From Candidatus Saccharimonadales bacterium (GTDB lineage: Bacteria > Patescibacteriota > Saccharimonadia > Saccharimonadales > 2-12-FULL-41-12): a stretch of 64,000 bases of DNA. Numbering within the stretch: the stretch's first letter is position 1; every line of letters begins with the position of its first letter. The DNA is taken from contig JBFIJM010000001.1 in assembly GCA_041600715.1 (NCBI GenBank), forward strand, positions 609,701 through 673,700, read 5' to 3'. The notes beneath the pieces are model-generated. The model made no database searches. It was not told the origin of the DNA and saw only the letters and a program-made list of their open reading frames with translations. Shown piece after piece: positions 9,451 to 17,141 of the stretch. The position numbers were made by a program, and so were the translations under genes.

Positions 9451-10368
9451 CTATCTCCTCTTCTTTTTCTTAGTAGACGAGGTTTTTTTAGCCTTGTTAG
9501 TTTTTGGTTTTTTAGTTGGTGTAGCTTTTTTAATTGTTGGCTCATCTGCTATTTTAGCCATTTCAATCTTGTCTTCACGGAACGTTAACCATTGCTGTAG
9601 ATAACCCATGCCACTGCTTGTTAAGAAATATAATGAAAGCGCAGACGGAACGTTGATCGCAAACAAGAATGTAATGACAGGGAGAAAATACAACATTCCC
9701 CTACTTACAGCTGCTGTTACTTCTGCTTGATCTGCTTCCTTACCTGACGCTGCTTCTTTTAATATTACCGATAATTTCCGGGCGTCTTGCTGGTCAGATA
9801 GCATCAATTTACTCTGATAATACTGCATAACACATGCTACAAATGCCAGTAGGATCGCTGCGAAATATAGCCCGCCTCCGGACTCTAATCCTTTTCTAGT
9901 CAGATCAAACACATTTAAGAATGTGGCGTCAAAATTACTAGTATCTTCGGCAATTTTTCTAACCCAAGGTAAGTCGCGTACCCAAGAGTATGAGAATGTC
10001 TGAAGAATATTAGGATCATTAATTAGTTTTAATACGGCATGATACAAGCCGATAAAGATCGGTATCTGAATGATTAATGTGCCGATTGTAGCAAAGGGTT
10101 TGATCTCGTGCTCTTTATAGAGCTCCATTTGCATTCGCGCTTCTTTTTGGCGATCTCCACCCGCTGCCTTTTTTAACTTCTTTAGCTCGGGCTGAAGCTT
10201 ACGCATTGCTTTAGCATGATGCAACTGCTTGCGTACTAACGGCCATAGAGCGAGGCGAATTATAGCCGTGAAAACAATAATAGCTATGCCAAGGTCGTGA
10301 CCTGGAATGAGAGCATAAATTACTTCAAGTAAATTAAAGATTGGTTGTTCGATAAATGTCCGAAACAT
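9451..10368 (-). CDS. yidC: YidC/Oxa1 family membrane protein insertase
   Basis: 305 aa. Short Gram-positive-type YidC with five TM helices and a Lys/Arg-rich C-terminal tail. Lies in the order rnpA-yidC-jag. Confidence 0.9.
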   Translation of the reverse strand: MFRTFIEQPIFNLLEVIYALIPGHDLGIAIIVFTAIIRLALWPLVRKQLHHAKAMRKLQPELKKLKKAAGGDRQKEARMQMELYKEHEIKPFATIGTLIIQIPIFIGLYHAVLKLINDPNILQTFSYSWVRDLPWVRKIAEDTSNFDATFLNVFDLTRKGLESGGGLYFAAILLAFVACVMQYYQSKLMLSDQQDARKLSVILKEAASGKEADQAEVTAAVSRGMLYFLPVITFLFAINVPSALSLYFLTSSGMGYLQQWLTFREDKIEMAKIADEPTIKKATPTKKPKTNKAKKTSSTKKKKRR

Positions 10369-10420
10369 GCAGGTTCCTTCGCTTTCTTCCTTCTACTCTA
10401 GCATTATCAGTGGTCAAGTT

Positions 10421-10768
10421 CTAGATTACATTGCTTTTTTGCAGTAATCGAACAACTTGAGTGTGTAGTATCGACGCATCTTCTGTGGCAATTCGTTCGT
10501 CGTGAACTGTCAGGACTAGATCATATGGCCATTCTTTATCGGCGTCTTTCTTGATAGTTCGAATAATCTCGTACAATCTGCGCCGAATACGATTACGGAC
10601 CACAGCGGATTTACTGACTTTCTTACTAACCACTACCGCCATTCTATAGTCTGGCCGTTTATTAGGGGCGACTCGTAGTGCCATAAACTCAACCCGGCAA
10701 GAATTACCGTGCCGGTATACGTAGTTAAGAGAATTGTGGCCATGAAACCGATGTGCTCGGCTAATCAT
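10421..10768 (-). CDS. rnpA: Ribonuclease P protein component
   Basis: 115 aa basic protein with the RNR-like motif (SKSAVVRNRIRRRL). Immediately downstream of rpmH. Confidence 0.85.
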   Translation of the reverse strand: MISRAHRFHGHNSLNYVYRHGNSCRVEFMALRVAPNKRPDYRMAVVVSKKVSKSAVVRNRIRRRLYEIIRTIKKDADKEWPYDLVLTVHDERIATEDASILHTQVVRLLQKSNVI

Positions 10769-10779
10769 ATAATTACTGC

Positions 10780-10917
10780 CTAGTGAGTAAGACGCGCGCG
10801 ACCTTTGATGCGACGTCTTTTGATAACGTTACGACCGGCTTTGGTCGCCATACGCTTGATAAAACCGTGAACGCGAGAGCGTTTACGCTTTTTTGGTTGA
10901 TATGTTCGCTTTGGCAT
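10780..10917 (-). CDS. rpmH: 50S ribosomal protein L34
   Basis: Not in the ORF track because it is under 60 aa. Manual translation of the minus strand gives [45 protein letters not shown] (45 aa), a canonical L34. Confidence 0.95.
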   Translation of the reverse strand: MPKRTYQPKKRKRSRVHGFIKRMATKAGRNVIKRRRIKGRARLTH

Positions 10918-11303
10918 GAAAAATCCTTTATTAGTATCGTGTCAGTATATTGATAAACGACAATTAGTAATTGTATTTCACATTATTATAGCGTCTTAAC
11001 GCTCAAACTACTAGTTATGCCAGGCACCTCCCGTTGTGCACATAGCTCAAGATTAGTGTCCTTATAACGTAGTTTTAACAATGCTATTCCCCTAAATTCT
11101 AGCAAGTTTTCCACTCTTGACCAAGTTTTTTCCACAATTTTAACAGATGTAGAAATATCGTGTGTATAAGTTTTAATCTGTTGGCCTACATTTTGATGGT
11201 TCGTGTAGTGATTTTGTATAAGACTGTGGAAAAGTTTTTCAATCTGAGTTAATCTTATTAGTAACAACGTTTATTAAAACGACCGTCGGAGGGACAAAAC
11301 AGC
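10918..11303. promoter_or_regulatory. Candidate oriC segment 1 (rpmH-dnaA divergent intergenic region with DnaA-box-like 9-mers)
   Basis: TTTTCCACT at 11107-11115, TTTTCCACA at 11128-11136, TGTGTATAA at 11161-11169 and TGTGGAAAA at 11225-11233 (reverse complement of TTTTCCACA). Classical rpmH<>dnaA position. Confidence 0.6.
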
Positions 11304-12689
11304 GTGGAGACAACGACTTTGTGGCAGTCAGTACTTGGAGAGATTGAACTTGGAGTTTCTCATGGTAACTATGTCACCTGGTTTAAAAACACTCGTTTAT
11401 TAAAACTTAAAGATGGATGTGCTGTGGTAGGTGCACCTAATGTTTTTGTGAAACAACAGCTAGAACGTAAGTTTAATACACTAATCGAAGATACATTAAA
11501 AAAGAATGATGATTCTATTGTTAGTGTCGAATATAAAATACTCCCAACTTCCTCCCTGCACCGCAAGATAGATGACGAAACTGTGATACTCGACCAAAGC
11601 CAGACTCAATCATTTAAACAAGAAGCCTTGGAATCGGCACCAACAATCACCAGTAGCCTTACTCACACATATCGACAAGGCATCAACGAACGTTACACCT
11701 TCGAGAATTTCATTGTGGGTTCTGGTAATGAGCTTGCATACGCTGCTTGTCAGGCCGTGGCTCAGAATCCCGGCACCAAATATAATCCTCTTTTCTTGTA
11801 CGGAGGTGTGGGTATTGGCAAAACGCATCTTATCCAAGCCGTAGGTAATACAGTGGTCGGTAATCGTAAAAACGCTCATATTGTTTATGTCTCCACGGAG
11901 CAATTTGTACAAGAATTTCTAGATGCTATTAGATACAAGAAAAATACTGACTTTGCTGGTTACTACCGCAGTGCTGACGTACTTATAATTGACGATATCC
12001 AGTTTATTGCTGGGAAAGAAAAGACTCAAGAAGAGTTCTTCCATACTTTTAATGCACTCCACCAGGCCAATAAGCAAATAATCATCACTAGTGACACGCG
12101 TCCAAAAGATATCCCAACTCTTACCGACCGCCTACGATCAAGGTTTGAGTGGGGCATGGCTATCGATATGCAGGCTCCGGATTTTGAGACGCGCTGTGCA
12201 ATTATCCAAACAAAGGCATCTCAACATAATGTAGAATTGCCTCATAACGTCGTGGAACACCTAGCTGGTCATGTTCAAAACAACATTCGCGAACTTGAAG
12301 GAGCACTCAATCAGCTAATTGCCTTCTGTGAAATGCGAGCATTAGAACCTTCTCTCGAAGTTGCCGTGGCATTGCTTGGAAATACCAAATCCCGGCCAAA
12401 ACACATAACACCAAGACAAGTAGTAGAGAGGACAGCTAAGCACTTCCATATAAGTATCGATGAGATATTGGGCCCAAAGCGAGATAAAGAGATTGTGGTG
12501 CCCCGTCAGATCGCTATGTATATGCTCCGTAGTGAGCTTCATCTTAGTTTTCCCAAAATTGCACGTGAGCTTGGTCGCAAGGACCACACTACGGCCATCC
12601 ATTCTGTAGAAAAAATCGAGAAAGAAAAAGCTTTCGACAATGATGTTCGTACTGCTTTGTCAGAAATAAAGGAGCGTTTATATGTTTAA
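11304..12689 (+). CDS. dnaA: Chromosomal replication initiator protein DnaA
   Basis: 461 aa with a GTG start. Walker A GGVGIGKTHL, Walker B LIIDDIQF and the C-terminal DNA-binding signature KDHTTAIHS. Confidence 0.97.
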   Translation: METTTLWQSVLGEIELGVSHGNYVTWFKNTRLLKLKDGCAVVGAPNVFVKQQLERKFNTLIEDTLKKNDDSIVSVEYKILPTSSLHRKIDDETVILDQSQTQSFKQEALESAPTITSSLTHTYRQGINERYTFENFIVGSGNELAYAACQAVAQNPGTKYNPLFLYGGVGIGKTHLIQAVGNTVVGNRKNAHIVYVSTEQFVQEFLDAIRYKKNTDFAGYYRSADVLIIDDIQFIAGKEKTQEEFFHTFNALHQANKQIIITSDTRPKDIPTLTDRLRSRFEWGMAIDMQAPDFETRCAIIQTKASQHNVELPHNVVEHLAGHVQNNIRELEGALNQLIAFCEMRALEPSLEVAVALLGNTKSRPKHITPRQVVERTAKHFHISIDEILGPKRDKEIVVPRQIAMYMLRSELHLSFPKIARELGRKDHTTAIHSVEKIEKEKAFDNDVRTALSEIKERLYV

Positions 12690-12953
12690 TACCTGTGTAA
12701 AAGCCGTGGATGGCCTGGGTAAAGTCGCTTGTTACTCAGTCGACTTATCCCATTATCACAGTTTTACAAAAGTAAGCCTTGTTATAAATACGTCTTTATA
12801 CGCAGGTAAGGCGTTATTTTCCACCGCTTCCGTACACAGAATTTATTCAATATTTACTTCTTTCAGACTTTACTTTTCCCTATTTTCCACACCCCTTACT
12901 ACTACTCCTACTACTTATATAAATACTTATTTAATAAACAAAGGTCTGCTTAT
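12690..12953. promoter_or_regulatory. Candidate oriC segment 2 (dnaA-dnaN intergenic region with DnaA boxes and an AT-rich stretch)
   Basis: TTTTCCACC at 12817-12825 and TTTTCCACA at 12883-12891, followed by the AT-rich stretch CTACTTATATAAATACTTATTTAATAAAC (about 12920-12950), a possible unwinding element. Confidence 0.55.
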
Positions 12954-14042
12954 ATGAAGCTTCAAGTAACTCAAGAAAACCTAAACCGAGCACTAAGTAA
13001 TGTGGCTAGGGTAGCTAGTGGTCGTAATGCCCTACCTATCTTATCTAACGTACTTATAAAAACCGTAGACAACCGTGTGTGTATCGCTGCGACAAATTTA
13101 AATATTGCGATTACTCACTACATAGGTTCAAAAGTTTCAGAACCAGGCTCAGTAACCGTCCCCGCTCGTTTAACCCAGGATTTTGTAGCTAGTTTATCTA
13201 GTGGAGTAATAGATATTGTGGTTGACGGAACAAAACTACACATAAAGACCGACTCTTACAACTCTACAATTAATGGAGCTCCAGCCGATGATTACCCTGT
13301 TATGCCTCAGATTAAACAAGGCACAACCTGGAGTGTGCCGTCAGCTAGTCTTAAAAAAGCACTACAACAAGTAGTTATCGCGTCCAGCAACGACGACACT
13401 CGACCGGTTCTGACTGGGGTTTACTTCCATACTCACGAAGGTTATTTATATGTAGTTTCAACGGATAGCTACCGACTTGCAGAGCGAAAAATAATGAAGC
13501 TTAAAGAACAAGTATCTTTACTTATCCCGGCTACCGCTATCAATGACTTGCTTCGTATTATGACTGACAGCGACAAAGAGGTTGTAGTAAAACACGATGA
13601 ACAACAAGTGTTGTTCACTATAGGCGACATAGAGCTTGTAACTCGTTTAATCGACGGATCATACCCAGACTATAGAAAGTTAATTCCCGGATCGTTTGCG
13701 ACAAGTGCTACTTTACCGCGTGCTGAGCTGTCAAACATTACTAAAGTGTCAAGCCTTTTCGCCAGAGAAAGTGCTGGAAGTGTTACCCTCAACGTAAGCG
13801 AAGGTGATAAACAGATAAGTATACAATCGGTAGCTTCTCAACTTGGAGAAAATACTGCAACGGCTAGTGCTGAAGTTTCTGGTGATGGAGCTATTACACT
13901 TAACTCACGATACATAATTGATTCTCTAGGTGTTATCGGTGACGACACAGTGTCGGTAAGTTTCAACGGTAAGCTTGAACCGTGCCTACTACAGGGAGCC
14001 GACAAAGACTACACACACATCATCATGCCACTTAAGTCCTAG
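12954..14042 (+). CDS. dnaN: DNA polymerase III beta sliding clamp
   Basis: 362 aa with full-length DnaN-like sequence (TRPVLTGVYF, TDSYRLA, LIDGSYPDY, MPLK C-terminus). Confidence 0.95.
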   Translation: MKLQVTQENLNRALSNVARVASGRNALPILSNVLIKTVDNRVCIAATNLNIAITHYIGSKVSEPGSVTVPARLTQDFVASLSSGVIDIVVDGTKLHIKTDSYNSTINGAPADDYPVMPQIKQGTTWSVPSASLKKALQQVVIASSNDDTRPVLTGVYFHTHEGYLYVVSTDSYRLAERKIMKLKEQVSLLIPATAINDLLRIMTDSDKEVVVKHDEQQVLFTIGDIELVTRLIDGSYPDYRKLIPGSFATSATLPRAELSNITKVSSLFARESAGSVTLNVSEGDKQISIQSVASQLGENTATASAEVSGDGAITLNSRYIIDSLGVIGDDTVSVSFNGKLEPCLLQGADKDYTHIIMPLKS

Positions 14043-14092
14043 ACAATAGTAATTAGTAAATAGTAATTAGGAATTAGTATAATTACTTAAAG
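14043..14092. repeat. TAG/GGAATTAG-unit repeat copy, left flank of the four-helix-bundle gene
   Basis: Sequence ACAATAGTAATTAGTAAATAGTAATTAGGAATTAGTATAATTAC. The segment AATTAGGAATTAGTA is inverted relative to the copy at 14476-14490. Confidence 0.7.
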
Positions 14093-14452
14093 ATGTCTAC
14101 TGATAAAATTAACTCGTTCACAGATCTGTTGGCTTGGCAGAAGTCACACGAGCTTACGGTCGCAGTATTTAAGATCTTTAAATCAGCAAAGAATAACAAT
14201 CTTCGATCTCAGATTGAACGATCCAGCCTCTCCGTAACTTCAAATATAGCAGAGGGTTTTGGGCGAAGTTCACAAAAAGATAAAGACCACTTTTACGTAA
14301 TGGCCAGAGGTTCTGCCTTTGAGGTTCAGAGTCAGTTGTTTGTGGCGCGTGACATTGCCGATATTACCCAAGAAGAGTTTGTCGAGCTTCTTAATAAGTC
14401 AGTCGATTCAATAAAACTTTTACATGGTCTTATAAGATCATTGAGAGGTTGA
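14093..14452 (+). CDS. Four-helix-bundle protein (23S rRNA intervening-sequence protein / Avd-like family)
   Basis: 119 aa. Family-typical pattern: LLAWQKSHEL, QIERSSLSVTSNIAEGFGRSS, KDHFYVMARGSAFEVQSQL. Confidence 0.85.
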   Translation: MSTDKINSFTDLLAWQKSHELTVAVFKIFKSAKNNNLRSQIERSSLSVTSNIAEGFGRSSQKDKDHFYVMARGSAFEVQSQLFVARDIADITQEEFVELLNKSVDSIKLLHGLIRSLRG

Positions 14453-14460
14453 AGCTATGA

Positions 14461-14497
14461 TACTATTTCCTATTTACCAATTCCTAATTTCTAAAAA
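14461..14497. repeat. TAG/GGAATTAG-unit repeat copy, right flank, inverted orientation
   Basis: Sequence TACTATTTCCTATTTACCAATTCCTAATTTCTAAAAA. The reverse complement contains AATTAGGAATTGGTA, matching 14/15 positions of the left-flank copy. Confidence 0.65.
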
Positions 14498-14500
14498 TGT

Positions 14501-15565
14501 ATGATTTTTACTGATATCCGTCTTCAAAACTATCGATCTTATTCTGATGCATCATTCGATCTCGGCTCGGGGGTTAATATAGTTGTTGGCCCAAATGCTG
14601 CTGGCAAAACCAACCTACTGGAAGCCATAATGGTGAGTTCAATAGGGGCCTCATACCGAGCAAAAAAAGACGTATTAATTCGACATAATACTGACTGGGC
14701 GCGCATAGATGTCCATACCTCCACCAACCAAACTCGGGTCGTCAAGATAAAGCAAGATAATGACGTTGCAAAAATATCGTTCGAGTTTGAAGAAAAGCCA
14801 TACCTGCGACTATCGCAACAACATAAGCACCCAGTAGTATTATTTGAGCCAAATAACCTTTTCTTATTACATGAGGAACCTTCAGAGCGTCGTGACTATA
14901 TCGATAACATGATCGAGCAGTACACACCCGGTTTTAGTACGTTGCGAGCTTCTTACAGGCGTGTAGTGTCTCAGAGGAATGCATTATTAAAAGAAGGTTC
15001 TCGTGGATCCTCGCAAATGTTTGCATGGAACATCAGAATGGCAGAGTTGGCAGATAAGATAGTCACTGCTAGGTTATTACTTATTGAACGTTTGCAACAA
15101 GATATTGCTCAAGTTTACGAAGTTATCGCTCATAAAAAACTAAATATAAAATTAGTATACGAATCTAAAACTAGACTAGACACTTATGGCAGTTCGCTCC
15201 TAGCAACACTCGAAGAAAACCAAGATATAGACATAGAGCGTGGCTTTACGACACGTGGTCCGCACCGCGATGATATCGTGGCATATTGTGGTGATGTTTC
15301 GATGGTTGATTCGGCGTCCAGAGGTGAGATCCGTACACTTTTGTTAGCAATTAAAATTATAGAGCTACAACTACTAGAAGAAAAAACAAATAAACGCCCA
15401 CTTTTGCTTCTAGATGATGTTTTTAGCGAGTTAGACGGTGTCAGAAGACGGGCCCTAACGGGTTTCTTAAAAAACTACCAAACCATAATAACTACGACTG
15501 ACGCCGACGCCGTCATCGAGCATTTCTCCGACGATTATACAGTTATCCCCGTCCAGGCTAGCTAG
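14501..15565 (+). CDS. recF: DNA replication and repair protein RecF
   Basis: 354 aa. Walker A GPNAAGKTNLLEA, signature RGPHRDD and Walker B LLLLDDVFSELD. Confidence 0.93.
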   Translation: MIFTDIRLQNYRSYSDASFDLGSGVNIVVGPNAAGKTNLLEAIMVSSIGASYRAKKDVLIRHNTDWARIDVHTSTNQTRVVKIKQDNDVAKISFEFEEKPYLRLSQQHKHPVVLFEPNNLFLLHEEPSERRDYIDNMIEQYTPGFSTLRASYRRVVSQRNALLKEGSRGSSQMFAWNIRMAELADKIVTARLLLIERLQQDIAQVYEVIAHKKLNIKLVYESKTRLDTYGSSLLATLEENQDIDIERGFTTRGPHRDDIVAYCGDVSMVDSASRGEIRTLLLAIKIIELQLLEEKTNKRPLLLLDDVFSELDGVRRRALTGFLKNYQTIITTTDADAVIEHFSDDYTVIPVQAS

Positions 15566-17128
15566 CTATAATTGAGTGTTGATTATTGTGTAAAGAGTGT
15601 TGTTAATTCCGATGTCCTTAACAGCCTCATTTATCTGTTGAGCAGTCTGCTGTACTAAAACAGGGTCACTTGTAAAACCACCGCTCCCGCCAAGCGAAGG
15701 GTCGTAAATAGGTTCACCAACATTTGGAGCAATATGAATGTAGTTTTTATAGACAGAAACATTTTCTACAAACGGTCTTAGTGATAAGTTAATTATTTTT
15801 TTATCAATACTGTCTGTGTTGTCTTTTGCAAGATCGAGGTAAAGAGCACTTCTTTCATTTAGTGGGCTGATAATACATATGACAAACCCGCTGTTGCTTT
15901 TGATAAAACCACAGTTTTGGTACTCGCCATTCGTGTATATATAATGTCCAGATTTAGTGTTGATGTTTATAGCAACTACGCCGTCACTCTTTGCGACAGC
16001 TAGCTCATCGCCGTTAATGTCAAACGAAGATACATCACTAATTACATAGAGTAGTTTTTTCTTTCCGGCCACATCATAAACGTATAAAATGTCTGAGGCT
16101 AGATAGCAAAGCTTATTAAGGTCACATAAATCAATCTGAGTGTAGTTTAAGTCGAATTCGTGAGAAGACGTTTCCCCGTCTTCAAATATTTGAACAACTG
16201 TCTTTCCGTTATGTGTGTGTTCACTATCTAGATCGGCTCGGTTTGTGGCCTTCTCTGCGCTATAAAAAACAGCAATTCTATTATTGTCTGTAGCAATGCC
16301 TCTGGCTATGAAGTTTGAGCCTGCAGGACTGTCAATCGATATTTCTTCTGGGTCTGAAACTAGAGAACTATAGTAGTAGATAAGATCATATGTGGCGCTA
16401 TAGACAATAAAACCGTCTTTATATTTTTTAGTCTTATAAAAATTCTCGCCAGCTAGACTGTCTAGGTTGCTACCTCCGTCCAAAGACAAATTATTTCCGA
16501 TTTTGAACAGGGCATGTCCCACGCGCTCGCTCTCTGGGTCAAACGAACCTTCTAGGAATGCATACTTCTGCCCTTTTATATCGAGTATTCCACCCATAGA
16601 ACTGTCGCCGAGGTCAGAGCTGTCATTAATAGTTGTTGTTGGCGATGACGCGTCAGCAGGAGTGTGTAAAAAGGTGTCAGAAAACAGCCCGTCACAACTA
16701 TAAGTAATAAGTACATCAGAGTAGAGTCCACATGGCCCTGGATTGTTGCCTATAAACTCTCTTTTTGCCTCCTTTTTATATGTAGATGCTACTATTGTTT
16801 TCTGTAGTAAAGGTTTTGTCTTAATATTTTGATAATAGCTTTCTTCACCCTTTTTAATGATGACCTCATAATTACCTCTTGGCACTCTAGTTTGGAGTGT
16901 AGATTCACTACTTACAACCTCAAAAACATTTTTACCAGATGAGTTTATTATTCTAGTATGAGTGTTAGAAGCTTCATTATCAGGTTGATTTATTACTATC
17001 ACCGATTGATTAAATACCCACATAGCAACTATGACCACCAAGAACGCCATGATTAATAACAGGCCAAAGCGTCTTAATTTGGCTGGATCGTTAGATAATC
17101 GCTGAAGGTATGTACTTAATTGTTCCAT
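15566..17128 (-). CDS. Hypothetical N-terminally anchored extracytoplasmic protein; last gene of the T4SS-like operon
   Basis: 520 aa with a single TM helix (FGLLLIMAFLVVIVAMWVF) followed by beta-rich sequence. Its start lies 13 nt downstream of the hydrolase gene stop. Confidence 0.5.
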   Translation of the reverse strand: MEQLSTYLQRLSNDPAKLRRFGLLLIMAFLVVIVAMWVFNQSVIVINQPDNEASNTHTRIINSSGKNVFEVVSSESTLQTRVPRGNYEVIIKKGEESYYQNIKTKPLLQKTIVASTYKKEAKREFIGNNPGPCGLYSDVLITYSCDGLFSDTFLHTPADASSPTTTINDSSDLGDSSMGGILDIKGQKYAFLEGSFDPESERVGHALFKIGNNLSLDGGSNLDSLAGENFYKTKKYKDGFIVYSATYDLIYYYSSLVSDPEEISIDSPAGSNFIARGIATDNNRIAVFYSAEKATNRADLDSEHTHNGKTVVQIFEDGETSSHEFDLNYTQIDLCDLNKLCYLASDILYVYDVAGKKKLLYVISDVSSFDINGDELAVAKSDGVVAININTKSGHYIYTNGEYQNCGFIKSNSGFVICIISPLNERSALYLDLAKDNTDSIDKKIINLSLRPFVENVSVYKNYIHIAPNVGEPIYDPSLGGSGGFTSDPVLVQQTAQQINEAVKDIGINNTLYTIINTQL

Positions 17129-17141
17129 GATCTGCCTTTCA

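Noticed and set aside
10986-11267. 93-aa ORF on the minus strand between rpmH and dnaA
   Set aside because: It lies entirely in the DnaA-box-containing origin region, has no motif or RBS, and overlaps the candidate DnaA boxes. It is most likely a chance ORF in AT-rich DNA.
12682-12957. 91-aa ORF spanning the dnaA-dnaN intergenic region
   Set aside because: It has a low-complexity translation, overlaps the dnaA stop and the dnaN start, and covers the DnaA boxes and AT-rich stretch. Treated as non-coding oriC sequence.
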